Position numbers and translations under genes: made by a program
Notes under the pieces: generated by a model
What the model was told of the DNA's origin: nothing
Databases searched by the model: none
The model's input: the letters and a program-made list of their open reading frames with translations, nothing else
Shown: positions 1-9,270 of the stretch, in pieces
How positions within the stretch are numbered: the stretch's first letter is position 1
Layout: every line of letters starts with the position of its first letter
Source of the DNA: Myxococcota bacterium
Lineage (GTDB): Bacteria; Myxococcota; XYA12-FULL-58-9; JALHOP01
Length of the DNA stretch: 60,264 nt
Direction: 5' to 3'
NCBI GenBank assembly: GCA_041288095.1
Contig: JBGGMJ010000062.1
Span: 1-60,264, forward strand

Positions 1-299
1 CGACCACCGAGAAGCCGATCGCCGAGAAACCGGCTGCCGACCTGCGAAAGTCGAAGTCCGCCAAAGAAGACCGTGCCCGTCCCAAGGGCGCGACCGGATA
101 TCTGTCGTTGCGCTCGCGCGGCGCCTGGGCCGAGGTCTTCCTCAACGGCAAGAAGCTCGGCACGACGCCGCTCGCTCGTGTCGAGGTCCCTGCCGGGGTC
201 ATTACCTTGCAGCTCAAGAGCCCGAACGGTGTCAACGAAACCATGACCGTCGATGTCCCAGTCGGCGAGCACATTCAGAAGACCATCGAGATCCGATGA
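1..299 (+). CDS. 3' end of a PEGA-domain protein (partial; such tails often end myxobacterial Ser/Thr kinases)
   Basis: The frame is open from the window edge: K/P-rich linker, then GYLSLRSRGAWAEVFLNGKKLGTTPL, a PEGA-like motif. Stop at 297-299. Confidence 0.65.
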   Translation, partial: TTEKPIAEKPAADLRKSKSAKEDRARPKGATGYLSLRSRGAWAEVFLNGKKLGTTPLARVEVPAGVITLQLKSPNGVNETMTVDVPVGEHIQKTIEIR

Positions 300-325
300 C
301 TCGCGCTGCTCCCCGGCGGTGAGCT

Positions 326-1282
326 ATGAAGCCCCTCCCCATGTTGCGACGTGTCGTCGACTTTCTAAGGCAACCCGCGGTCTGGCGCTACGTCGTCGGC
401 CCGCTGCCGTTCCTCATCATGCTCTCCGCGCTCGTCGGCAAGCGTTTCACCTTCGAGCACGCAGTCGTCCCGGGCGTGATGGCGGTGCTCTATTTCCTGC
501 CGTTCACGCGCCGCGCTTACCCGTATCTCTTCCCGTTCTTTTTCTTCTGGGCGACCTACGACACGTTGCGGGTCTTCACCCCGATCTTCCACAACCTGCA
601 TCCGCCGCTGGTCGCGGGGCCGTATCTCGTCGAGAAATTCCTCTTCGGCATTCCGGCCGCCGCCGGCCGTATCACCCTGAATGAATTCTTCGCGACGCAC
701 ACGAGCACCTTCGTGGACCTGCTCGCGGCCTTCGCCTACGCCGCTTACTTCTACGAGCCGTTCATCTTCGCGTTCTACCTGCTCGCCAAAGACCGTCCGC
801 TATTGCGGCGCTACGGTCTCGCCTTCTTGGTGACCAACTACCTTGGTTTCATCACGTATTACACGCTGCCAGCGGCGCCTCCCTGGTACGTCGAGCTCTA
901 CGGCTTGGGCGCGGCGGACCTCGCGACTCCTCCGAATCCCGCGCGCCTTGCCGCCGTCGACGAGTTACTCGGCGTCACGTATTTTCACGACCTGTACTCG
1001 AAGTCGGCGAACGTGTTCGGGGCGCTGCCGTCGTTGCACGCCGCCTTCCCGCTCTTGGTCTGGCTGTACGCGCGTAAGGCAGTGCGGCCGATCTACCACT
1101 GGCCGCTCTTCGCGTACTGGCTCTTGGTCTGCTTCTCGGCCGTGTACCTGCGCCATCACTACGTCATCGACGTCGCGCTGGGCTCGCTCTATGCGGGCTT
1201 TGCCTACTGGCTCATCGAGCGCATCGCCAAAGCTTGGGGCTTCGTTACTTCTTCTGCAGAAAGCTCGTCGCAGCCGTCGTGA
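326..1282 (+). CDS. PAP2-superfamily membrane protein, AUR1/inositol-phosphorylceramide-synthase-like
   Basis: Multiple TM segments. Motifs PAAPPWY, GALPSLHAA and HHYVID match the AUR1-type PAP2 group. Confidence 0.8.
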   Translation: MKPLPMLRRVVDFLRQPAVWRYVVGPLPFLIMLSALVGKRFTFEHAVVPGVMAVLYFLPFTRRAYPYLFPFFFFWATYDTLRVFTPIFHNLHPPLVAGPYLVEKFLFGIPAAAGRITLNEFFATHTSTFVDLLAAFAYAAYFYEPFIFAFYLLAKDRPLLRRYGLAFLVTNYLGFITYYTLPAAPPWYVELYGLGAADLATPPNPARLAAVDELLGVTYFHDLYSKSANVFGALPSLHAAFPLLVWLYARKAVRPIYHWPLFAYWLLVCFSAVYLRHHYVIDVALGSLYAGFAYWLIERIAKAWGFVTSSAESSSQPS

Positions 1283-2774
1283 ACGCGAGCAGGCCGGTGC
1301 GCATGGTGTTCACGGCGTCCGGCAGGAAGTCGTTGGTGTGGGACACGGGCGGCGGCAAGCCCGCGGCCTGACGGCGATCGAGCTCCGCCTGAGTCGACGC
1401 CCCGACGAAGAAGAACAACGTCGGGATCGAGCGGTCGTCCTTGCCGAAGCGCGGAAAGTCTTCGCCCGCCATGATGCGCGGCATTTCACGGATGGTGATC
1501 TTCTCGCCGGCGAGCTGTTGCTGCCAGACCGTGGTGAGCCGAGTGTGCAGAGCGGCGTCGTTGATGACCGCTGGATACGTGGGCTCGGCCTTGGTGACCG
1601 TCGGTTCCTTGGGGGCGCCGACCGCCACGGCCACGCCTTTGGCGACGTTCGTGATGTTGTCGACCAGGACCTTTTGCACCGGGTCCGCGAACGAACGCAC
1701 GGTCAGCTTGAGCTCCGCGCTGTCGGGAATGATGTTGCGCGCGGTGCCGGCGCGGATCTGACCGATGGTGATCAGGGCGGGCTCGCCCGGAGTCACCTTG
1801 CGCGAGACGATGTCGTGCGTCTGACCGATGAAGTTCCCCGCCATGGCCACCGGGTCGACGGTCGCCTGCGGCGTCGAGCCGTGGCCGCCGCGCCCGTGCA
1901 AGACGACGTCGAGTGAATCGACCGAGGCCATCATGGCGCCGGCGCGCGTGGCGATGACGTTGGGCGTGGCGGGGCCGTAGCAATGCAACGCGATAGCGGC
2001 GTCGGGCTTTCCGAAGCTTTCGTAAAGTCCGCTTTCCATCATGGCCTTGGCGCCGCTCATGGCTTCTTCGGCGGGTTGCGCGATGAGCATCAAGGTTCCG
2101 CTCCAGCGGTCTTTGAGCTGCATCATGATGTCGGCGAAGCCGAGCAGATTCGTGGTGTGCACGTCGTGGCCGCAGGCGTGCATGACGCCGACCTCGGTGC
2201 CGTCCGGTTGCGTCGCGCGCTTGGTGCTCGCATAGGGGACGTTGGTCTTCTCGGTGATCGGCAGCGCGTCCATGTCAGCGCGCACGAGCAGGGTGGGGCC
2301 TTCGCCGTTCTTCAAGATCGCGACCGCGCTCTGCAGCTCCTTGCCGTCGCTCCACTTGCCGAAGTTTTCGGTGACCTCGTAGCCAAGCTCGCGCAGGCGC
2401 TTGCCGACGATCTCGCGCGTCTTGACCTCTTGGCCCGCGAGCTCGGGGTTTTGGTGAAAGTGTTTGTATTGCTCGAAGAGCGCCGGCAGTCGCGGCTCGA
2501 TGAGTGCCTTGATCTCCGCTACCGGCACGGGCGCGGCGAACGCCGCATCCGCGCCCGCCATGGCGGCGCTTGCGAGCGGTGCCTCGGGCCAGCTGCTGAT
2601 CGGACGCTTGAAAGCCGGGCCCGTGCAGTTGCACAAGGTGTGCCCCGAGCCGTGGTCGAAGGTGTCGTCAGGGGAGACGTCATCACAGCGCAGGGTGCTG
2701 GCGCGAGCGGTGGACGTTGTGGGCTCGCCCGCGGACGCTGTCGTGCTAGGGTTACGACGGATCGAATCGAACAT
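1245..2774 (-). CDS. M20D amidohydrolase with a ~85-aa low-complexity N-terminal extension
   Basis: Motifs HQNPEL, RADMDALP, HACGHD, QPAEE, GRGGHGS and GEDF. Confidence 0.85.
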   Translation of the reverse strand: MFDSIRRNPSTTASAGEPTTSTARASTLRCDDVSPDDTFDHGSGHTLCNCTGPAFKRPISSWPEAPLASAAMAGADAAFAAPVPVAEIKALIEPRLPALFEQYKHFHQNPELAGQEVKTREIVGKRLRELGYEVTENFGKWSDGKELQSAVAILKNGEGPTLLVRADMDALPITEKTNVPYASTKRATQPDGTEVGVMHACGHDVHTTNLLGFADIMMQLKDRWSGTLMLIAQPAEEAMSGAKAMMESGLYESFGKPDAAIALHCYGPATPNVIATRAGAMMASVDSLDVVLHGRGGHGSTPQATVDPVAMAGNFIGQTHDIVSRKVTPGEPALITIGQIRAGTARNIIPDSAELKLTVRSFADPVQKVLVDNITNVAKGVAVAVGAPKEPTVTKAEPTYPAVINDAALHTRLTTVWQQQLAGEKITIREMPRIMAGEDFPRFGKDDRSIPTLFFFVGASTQAELDRRQAAGLPPPVSHTNDFLPDAVNTMRTGLLAFTTAATSFLQKK

Positions 2775-2801
2775 GACCGCACCTTTTCTGGGTTGCTCGC
2801 A

Positions 2802-2828
2802 TCATCGGACGGACCAGCCTCGTGTTGC
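2802..2828 (-). promoter_or_regulatory. sigma28/FliA-like promoter candidate for the amidohydrolase
   Basis: The minus strand reads GCAAC-N14-TCCGATGA, 27 nt before ATG 2774. CGTCAC lies immediately upstream of the -35. Confidence 0.45.
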
Positions 2829-2839
2829 GTGACGAGGGG

Positions 2840-3568
2840 ATGACGGCCTGGGTAGAGGCGCTCGAAAAGCGCTACCTCGCCGACGTGACTTTTCAGGAGG
2901 CACGCCGCGCGCTCGAGGCGTTGTCGGCCATCTACACGCAAAAGCGCGACCGCTTGGCCAAGGGCGCGGCGCTCGACGGCCGCGGAAAGAGGGCGGCTTT
3001 CGCGTTCTTCTATGGTCCGCTGCACTTCATGTTGGTGCAGCGCATCGCGCTGGAGCTTGGGCTCGCCGAGAGTGCGCCGAGCCACATCGTCGACCTTGGC
3101 TGTGGCACCGGCGTGGGCGGTGCCGCGTGGGCGGCGCTGGTCGATCCCAAGCCGCGTATCCAAGGAGTCGATGTCGATCCATGGGCGATCGCCGAAGCGC
3201 GCTGGACCTACGGTTACTTCGGTCTCGCGGCGCAAACCAGCAAGGGCACGGCCGACAACACGCGCCTTGCCGACGGCAGCGGCATCATCGCCGCGTACAC
3301 GGTGAACGAGCTCGACGACGGGGCGCGCGGGCGCTTGTTGAAAAACCTGCTCGAAGCCAAGAAGCGCGGCTGTCGCGCCCTCATTCTCGAGCCCATCGCC
3401 AAGACGACCTCGCCGTGGTGGCCGGAGTGGGTGTCCGCTTTCAAGGACAACGGCGGGCGCGACGACGAGTGGAGCTTTCCGGCGGAGCTGCCGGCGCGGT
3501 TGCGCTTGATGGACAAGGCCGCGGGGCTGCGGCACGACCGGCTCAAGGGGCGGACGCTGTCGTTCTGA
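2840..3568 (+). CDS. class I SAM-dependent methyltransferase
   Basis: IVDLGCGTG motif I and an acidic GVDVD strand. Start placed at ATG 2840 (uncertain). Confidence 0.75.
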   Translation: MTAWVEALEKRYLADVTFQEARRALEALSAIYTQKRDRLAKGAALDGRGKRAAFAFFYGPLHFMLVQRIALELGLAESAPSHIVDLGCGTGVGGAAWAALVDPKPRIQGVDVDPWAIAEARWTYGYFGLAAQTSKGTADNTRLADGSGIIAAYTVNELDDGARGRLLKNLLEAKKRGCRALILEPIAKTTSPWWPEWVSAFKDNGGRDDEWSFPAELPARLRLMDKAAGLRHDRLKGRTLSF

Positions 3569-3605
3569 TTGCGGGCACCAATCGGTTCGTGACAGCGTAC
3601 TGCCC

Positions 3606-4190
3606 ATGCTCCTTCGTCGCGTCGTCACGGTGCTCGTGATGTCGTCGAGCGCCTGCGTAGCCTCGCGCATCGGGCCGAACCTGTACGAGGCGGTCCAGCC
3701 GTTCAAAGGCCAGCTGCCGCCCTGTGACATCGACGTGGAAGCCTCCGAGGTAAGCCTCGACGTGGTGTCCGGCCAGTCAGTCGGCTTCATGGCGCCGGAT
3801 AGCTCGAAGACGCCGTACCCAACCTCGCTCTTGCGGCAAGACATCGCCGATGCCTTCGCTCAGGCTTGCAACAAGATGAGCACCACGCCGCCGCGGCTCG
3901 CGCGCTTTCGCCTCGGGGGCAGCGCCGCCGGCGAGAAGATGATGATCGAGCTCTATGCGGTCATCCACGTCTTGTGGGTGATCTTGCCGTTGCCTCTGGG
4001 CACCGGCAACGCCGACCTCACACTCGAGTACGACTACGGCGGCACGGTCTACACCACGAAGGTTCACAAGAAGGTGCTCGCCGGCATGTTCTACAATCAG
4101 ATGCCCGCCGACGATGCCTTCGTCGACGCCATGACTGCCGCTATAGCGGACATCGGGCGTCAGATGAACGCCGCCGGAGTGCCGCGATGA
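3606..4190 (+). CDS. hypothetical lipoprotein
   Basis: MLLRRVVTVLVMSSSAC signal peptide with lipobox. ATGA overlap with the next ORF. Confidence 0.6.
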   Translation: MLLRRVVTVLVMSSSACVASRIGPNLYEAVQPFKGQLPPCDIDVEASEVSLDVVSGQSVGFMAPDSSKTPYPTSLLRQDIADAFAQACNKMSTTPPRLARFRLGGSAAGEKMMIELYAVIHVLWVILPLPLGTGNADLTLEYDYGGTVYTTKVHKKVLAGMFYNQMPADDAFVDAMTAAIADIGRQMNAAGVPR

Positions 4191-4357
4191 AACGCTATGT
4201 CGTTGCCGCGCTCTTGCTGCTCGGCGCCTGCCGTCACGGCAACCCGGAAAAGATGAGCATCAAGGCGGCGCGCACGAGTCGCTTCGCCGAGCCCTGGGGG
4301 GCCGCCAAGACGGAACCGGCACCCGAAGCGGCCCCGGCGCCACCCACCGAACCTTAG
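4187..4357 (+). CDS. small lipoprotein (56 aa)
   Basis: MKRYVVAALLLLGAC lipobox. ATG 4187 overlaps the upstream TGA. Confidence 0.6.
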   Translation: MKRYVVAALLLLGACRHGNPEKMSIKAARTSRFAEPWGAAKTEPAPEAAPAPPTEP

Positions 4358-5319
4358 CCCAGCACACCCAGCTCGGTGAGCTTCGCCGACAAGCGGGTGA
4401 TGTCGTCGATCTTCAGCACCGCCCGGCGCCGCAAGTCGTCGAGCTGCCGCGACAGCTCGTATTTGCTCATGCCGCCACGGCCGAGCAGCTCCTCGGCGAC
4501 CACCGCGACGTCCTCGATGGCGATGCGGTCCTCGGCGTGCAACGCCATCGCGGTCTGGAAGTACGTGCGTGTGCCGGTGACCCGGTTGCCGAAGCGCCGG
4601 AAGTAACGCGGGTCGAGATGGTCGCGGTGCACGGTAATGAAGATGCGGCGCACACCGTCGCGGCGCGCGAGCTTGCGGGCCCGCCAGGCGATGCGCAGCG
4701 CCTCGTCGCGAAATACGCCTTGCTTGAGCATCAGCTCGTAGAGCGGCCAGTTGGCGATGTGGCCTTCGATGATCTCCGAGAAGGTCGAATAGATGGCGAC
4801 GTCGGTCTCGGCGTCGTCGCCGAACATGGTCTCGACGGCGCCTGGCGGGAGCTTCGCGCGCAGGTCCATCAACGCCAGCGTCTTGTAGCCCATCTGCTCG
4901 CGCAGGCGCTTGAAGCGACCCGGCCGGACGTTGCGCAGGTTGTCCTTGAAGTAGATACCGTCGACCTCGACGCCGTCGAGCGCGAACTTCTCGAGGATCT
5001 TCTCGCGGATCTGGGGGGGCGACGCGGACACGAAGTAGATCGGCCTAACGCCGTTCGGGCCGCGCCGCAGTGCACGCAATAGCGGTGTAGCGCCGGGGTA
5101 GGCGACCTTGTCCTTGGCGGTTTGCCGGATGGTGCGTACCAAATCGCCGAACGATTCGAACTTGGTGCGCAGGTACGTCTTGTCGAGGTCCCAGACGAAG
5201 ACGTCTCCGGTGTATTCGGGCGGCACCGGCACGCGAAAGTCCGTCGGCACCACGACCATATCGATGGGTGGGTCCTTCTTCTTGCGCTTGGGCGCGGGCT
5301 TCTTGGGGCTCGTCGTCAT
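4354..5319 (-). CDS. HAD-type phosphatase, App1/DUF2183 phosphatidate-phosphatase-like
   Basis: FVWDLDKT (DxDxT), YFVSASP and FGDDAETD motifs. ATG 5319 overlaps the plsX stop. Confidence 0.65.
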   Translation of the reverse strand: MTTSPKKPAPKRKKKDPPIDMVVVPTDFRVPVPPEYTGDVFVWDLDKTYLRTKFESFGDLVRTIRQTAKDKVAYPGATPLLRALRRGPNGVRPIYFVSASPPQIREKILEKFALDGVEVDGIYFKDNLRNVRPGRFKRLREQMGYKTLALMDLRAKLPPGAVETMFGDDAETDVAIYSTFSEIIEGHIANWPLYELMLKQGVFRDEALRIAWRARKLARRDGVRRIFITVHRDHLDPRYFRRFGNRVTGTRTYFQTAMALHAEDRIAIEDVAVVAEELLGRGGMSKYELSRQLDDLRRRAVLKIDDITRLSAKLTELGVLG

Positions 5320-6359
5320 GCCCGCCGGCGCTCGAACCCGCTGACCGCTTCCTCGATTTGCTCGGCTACGCCGCCCCGGACGCCTTTGGCCGCGACCTTC
5401 ACGGCGTTGGTGATCGCGTGTTCGCTCGAGCGGCCGTGCGCCTTGATGATGAGGCGCTTGAAGCCGAGGAAGGGTGCGCCGCCGTATTCGCGATAATCGG
5501 TGACGCTCTTGAGCTGCGTGAGCCCGCCCGAGAGTAGCGCCATACCGACGCGCCAGGTGAGCTTCTGCTTGAAGGCCCAAGCGCCAAGGTTCTGCAGCGC
5601 CTCGCCCATCCCTTCGGCCATCTTGAGGACGACGTTGCCGACGAAGCCCTCGCAGACGATGACGTCGGCGATGCCGTTGGGAATGTCGGTGCCTTCGACG
5701 TTGCCAATGAAATTTAGTCGCGACTCCTCACGCAGGAGGCGATGCGCCGTCGTGAGGATCTCGTCGCCTTTGCCTTCTTCGCTGCCGACGTTGAGCAGGC
5801 CGATGGACGGTTGCGGCACCTTGCTGATGCGGCTGGCATAGGCGTGGCCCATCAAGGCGTACACGAGCAAGTCCTCGGCGTCGCAGCGAAGGGATGCTCC
5901 GACATCGAGGATGAGCGCGAAGCGATCGTTGCTGAACGAACGCTCGCGCGTCGGGTGCACCGCGGCGAGCGCCGCTTTCTTCACGCCGGCAATGCGCGGG
6001 ATGTGCGTTGCGGCGGACACGACCAACGCGCCCGTGGAGCCGGCTGACACCAAGGCGTGGGCCTCGCCGGCAGCGACGGCCTTGGAAGCGAGGACGAGCG
6101 AAGAGTCGGTCTTTTGGGTCACCGCTTCACGCGGGCTCTCGCCCATGGCGATGACCTGGGAGGCTTCGCGCACCGTGAGGTTCGCCGGATTGTGCTCGAT
6201 GCGATCGAGCTCGGCTTTGATGAGGTCCGAGCGCCCGAAGAGCTGGATGTGAATGTTCGTGCCGCGGCTCAAGGTGGCGGCCGCGCGGACCGGCTCCCGC
6301 GGTGCGCCGTCACCGCCCATGGCATCGAGGGCGATGATGGGGCTATCGATCTGGCTCAC
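5316..6359 (-). CDS. plsX: phosphate acyltransferase PlsX
   Basis: IALDAMGGD, SAGSTGA, LLNVGSEEGKG, CEGFVGNVVLK, GGAPFLG and KAHGRS motifs. Confidence 0.92.
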   Translation of the reverse strand: MSQIDSPIIALDAMGGDGAPREPVRAAATLSRGTNIHIQLFGRSDLIKAELDRIEHNPANLTVREASQVIAMGESPREAVTQKTDSSLVLASKAVAAGEAHALVSAGSTGALVVSAATHIPRIAGVKKAALAAVHPTRERSFSNDRFALILDVGASLRCDAEDLLVYALMGHAYASRISKVPQPSIGLLNVGSEEGKGDEILTTAHRLLREESRLNFIGNVEGTDIPNGIADVIVCEGFVGNVVLKMAEGMGEALQNLGAWAFKQKLTWRVGMALLSGGLTQLKSVTDYREYGGAPFLGFKRLIIKAHGRSSEHAITNAVKVAAKGVRGGVAEQIEEAVSGFERRRA

Positions 6360-6414
6360 ATTTTCCGATGTAGCGCTCCAACGAAGCGCTACGCAATGCT
6401 AAGGTGCCGGCGCG

Positions 6415-7023
6415 ATGATCACCGAGGCGCAGGTCGCCGAGCTCTACACCCGCTATGGCCACGCCATCTTCGTGCGGTGCTTGAAGCTCGTGGGCAACGA
6501 GGACGAGGCCCGCGATCTCACCCAGGAGACATTTTTCCAGTTTTTCCGCTCGCGTGGCCGTTTCGAGGGCCGTTCGTCGCCGTTCACATTTCTCTACCGT
6601 ATTGCGACTAACGTATCTGTGGACAGGTTGAGACGACGCAAAACCGCCGGAGATCAGCTTTCGACCAGCGTATTGGCCGAAACGCCCGGTTCGAGCTTGG
6701 CAAGAGAAGCCGAGCGAAAAATGTCGTCCGAACGCGATCCGGCAACATTTGACACGATCCAGACCCTGGCGAGGTTGACGACCGGCCTCGACGACGAAAC
6801 TTTGACTATTGCAGTCATGAGCCATGTCGATGGGCTCACGCAGGACGAAATCGCGGAAGCGCTCGATCTGTCGCGACGCACCATCGGCAAGAAGCTCAAG
6901 CGATTCCTCGAGCACACACGCGAACGCGCGGGGATAGAGAAGGTGGAGTGGCCGTTGAGTGGGGGAGCTGGCGGAGCGGGGCCGGAAGACGAGCCGCGAG
7001 AGGGGCGCAAAGCCCATGGCTGA
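6415..7023 (+). CDS. ECF RNA polymerase sigma factor
   Basis: Region 2 (ARDLTQETF, FTFLYRIATN) and region 4 (DGLTQDEIAEALDLSRRTI). Confidence 0.88.
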   Translation: MITEAQVAELYTRYGHAIFVRCLKLVGNEDEARDLTQETFFQFFRSRGRFEGRSSPFTFLYRIATNVSVDRLRRRKTAGDQLSTSVLAETPGSSLAREAERKMSSERDPATFDTIQTLARLTTGLDDETLTIAVMSHVDGLTQDEIAEALDLSRRTIGKKLKRFLEHTRERAGIEKVEWPLSGGAGGAGPEDEPREGRKAHG

Positions 7024-8527
7024 GATGACCACGGGACTCACGACCACCCCGGTCTCGGACGTCATGCTGGCGCGTTACGTCGCCGGCGACCTCTCGGGCG
7101 AGCAGCTCGCGCGGGTCGAGCGGGCCATCGGCGAAACACCGGGGCTCGCCGAGCGTCTCGAGCGTATGAGGAGCGAGCGTGCCGAGTTTCTCGCGAGCGC
7201 TCCACCGCATCAGTTCGCGCACAAGATGGTGACGCGCCTCACCGTCGAGCGGCCGGCGCAGCCCAAGTGGCAGATCTGGTGGCTCTTGCCGCCGGTCACC
7301 GTCGCCACCGCCTTGCTCGTGGGCGTCGTTTATCAGCGCGCGCTGGGCCCACAGTCGCTGTCGCGCCCGGCGGTTACGACAGATGAAGCGTATCAGCTCC
7401 CCGAGGACGCGAAGCCGATCGCCGCGGCGCCCGGCGCCGACGCGGCAGCTCCCGATCTGCGACGCGAGGCGGACGTCGTCGAAAAACCGGCCGAGGCCAA
7501 AGCCGAAGCACGCGATCCTGCAACCGCTAAAGCGAACACACTGGCGACGCGCGCCCCGCCCAAGAACAAGGGTGCTGGTGGTGGCGGTGGCGGACTCGCC
7601 AACGCCGACGCCGACAAGACGAGCGCGCCGCGCCGCGAGGACCGCGAGCACGCGCGCAAGAAGGACGCGCCCCTGGGCGAGCTTGCCGCCGATGGCATCA
7701 GCCAAGGCGCCTACGGTGCCGGCCGTGGCGCGGGCGAGGGCGCCGCGACGGGGAAGAGCGGTTATGCGCAGCCACCTCCCGCGAAGCCCGTGCCGGTGCA
7801 ACCCGAGTCGCCTCCCGTCTGGGCCGCGCCGCCGCCGCCCGCGCCGCAACCAGCTCCAAGCGAGCGTCGTAGCGCGAGCCCGCCCGCCGCGAGCAGCACG
7901 GTCGAGAGTGAGAGCCGGGACCGCGAGGCCAACGCCGCCACCAAGACTCCGGCGCAGCGCGCGCCCGAGCCGCGACCCGAGCCCAGCAGTGCCGGCCCCT
8001 CGGCGGACGCCGCTTCGCCGCCACCGGCGAAGGTGATGAAAGACGAGGCGCCGAAGGCCGATGAGAAGGGGCGCGCGCGTGCTTCCGAATCGGCGAAAGC
8101 GGCGAGTAGCCCCGCCGACGACGGTGGCGATGAGGTTCCGGCGACCAGCGTCAGCATCAACCGCGACGTCGGTGGCCGCCCGCGCGCCTTGAGCTCCGGC
8201 GACGTCGTGCCGAGCGCCACGTTGCTGAAAGTCGTCGCGCAGGGCGGCCGTTACATTACGGTGATCGGCGTCCGACGTGACGGTGTGCCGCACGTGTACG
8301 GCCAGGCGGAGTCGCCCACGGGGCAGCCGGTGACCGTCCAGGTGCGACTGCGCCCCGCGAGCTCCCGCGTCTCCGAAGCATTGTTCGTCGTCGTCGGCGA
8401 CGCGCCGATGCCCAGTGGCAAGGCGCAGGTGAGCAGTGGCAAGGATGCGGCGCAGCTGCCGCTGCGTCTCACCGTCGCTGGCGCGCAACGGCGCTACGTA
8501 GTGATTATGTCCGCTTCAGCGGACTGA
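7016..8527 (+). CDS. putative membrane anti-sigma factor with a long low-complexity extracytoplasmic region
   Basis: Overlaps the ECF stop. SDVMLARYVAGDL anti-sigma-like N-terminus, one TM (WWLLPPVTVATALLVGVVY), a P/A/E-rich linker and a compact C-terminal domain. Confidence 0.65.
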   Translation: MAEMTTGLTTTPVSDVMLARYVAGDLSGEQLARVERAIGETPGLAERLERMRSERAEFLASAPPHQFAHKMVTRLTVERPAQPKWQIWWLLPPVTVATALLVGVVYQRALGPQSLSRPAVTTDEAYQLPEDAKPIAAAPGADAAAPDLRREADVVEKPAEAKAEARDPATAKANTLATRAPPKNKGAGGGGGGLANADADKTSAPRREDREHARKKDAPLGELAADGISQGAYGAGRGAGEGAATGKSGYAQPPPAKPVPVQPESPPVWAAPPPPAPQPAPSERRSASPPAASSTVESESRDREANAATKTPAQRAPEPRPEPSSAGPSADAASPPPAKVMKDEAPKADEKGRARASESAKAASSPADDGGDEVPATSVSINRDVGGRPRALSSGDVVPSATLLKVVAQGGRYITVIGVRRDGVPHVYGQAESPTGQPVTVQVRLRPASSRVSEALFVVVGDAPMPSGKAQVSSGKDAAQLPLRLTVAGAQRRYVVIMSASAD

Positions 8528-8680
8528 GTCGCCGCGTACTTTTGCGTACGCCGCGGGGGCGATTTCGCGATGGCGCGCGCCGCGCAGTGACGCGGCTGTC
8601 AAGCAAAAACTAGTAATTTCCCCGTCGATCACTGACGGCCATTCTCGGATCGCCGCGCTAGATCCTCGAGATCATTAACT

Positions 8681-8728
8681 TGATCGCGACAAAAAATTTG
8701 ACCGTCTGATCGCGCCAATCTATTGAAT
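8681..8728 (+). promoter_or_regulatory. sigma70-like promoter flanked by 12-bp direct repeats
   Basis: TTGACC at 8698-8703 and TATTGA 17 bp later. TGATCGCGACAA at 8681-8692 and TGATCGCGCCAA at 8707-8718. Confidence 0.45.
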
Positions 8729-8733
8729 GGAAC

Positions 8734-9270
8734 ATGACGCTGCTTTCCGATTCCGAGCTCAGGCGTTTGGAGAAGAAGCACGCCGTCGGCATCAGCTCGC
8801 GCGCGGTCGTGGAAGCGTTTCAGACCAAGGGCGCGCGCTTCAGCGAAGCGACGCTGCGTAAATACGTCCAGCTGGGGCTCCTCCCGAAATCGCACCGTGT
8901 CGGGATCCGTGGCCGCCATCGCGGTTCGAGTGGACTGTACCCGGTGACCATCGTCCGCTTGGTGAACGACATCAAAGCGGCCCTCGATGCCGGATCGACG
9001 CTCGACGAAGTTCGCGTCGGCCGTGTCGGTCTCGAAGGCGAAGTCGATACCTTGCGGCTGGCGGGCGAGCGCGCGCTGGCGCGCTTCTACGAGGCCGCGG
9101 AGACGTATCCTGACAGGCCGTCGCGTCCCAGCTTGAAGCGCGAGATCGAAGAGCACCGCCGCGCCATCGAGAGCGCCACGCGCAGCCTCGAGCGCTTCGC
9201 CTCGCGCCTCGCGCGACGCCCGGAGCGCCATCAATTCGCCGACCGTGATGAGCGGGAGGCGAGGGCGTGA
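8734..9270 (+). CDS. MerR-like helix-turn-helix regulator
   Basis: FSEATLRKYVQLGLLPKS...GLYP winged-HTH pattern followed by a helical C-terminus. Confidence 0.65.
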   Translation: MTLLSDSELRRLEKKHAVGISSRAVVEAFQTKGARFSEATLRKYVQLGLLPKSHRVGIRGRHRGSSGLYPVTIVRLVNDIKAALDAGSTLDEVRVGRVGLEGEVDTLRLAGERALARFYEAAETYPDRPSRPSLKREIEEHRRAIESATRSLERFASRLARRPERHQFADRDEREARA

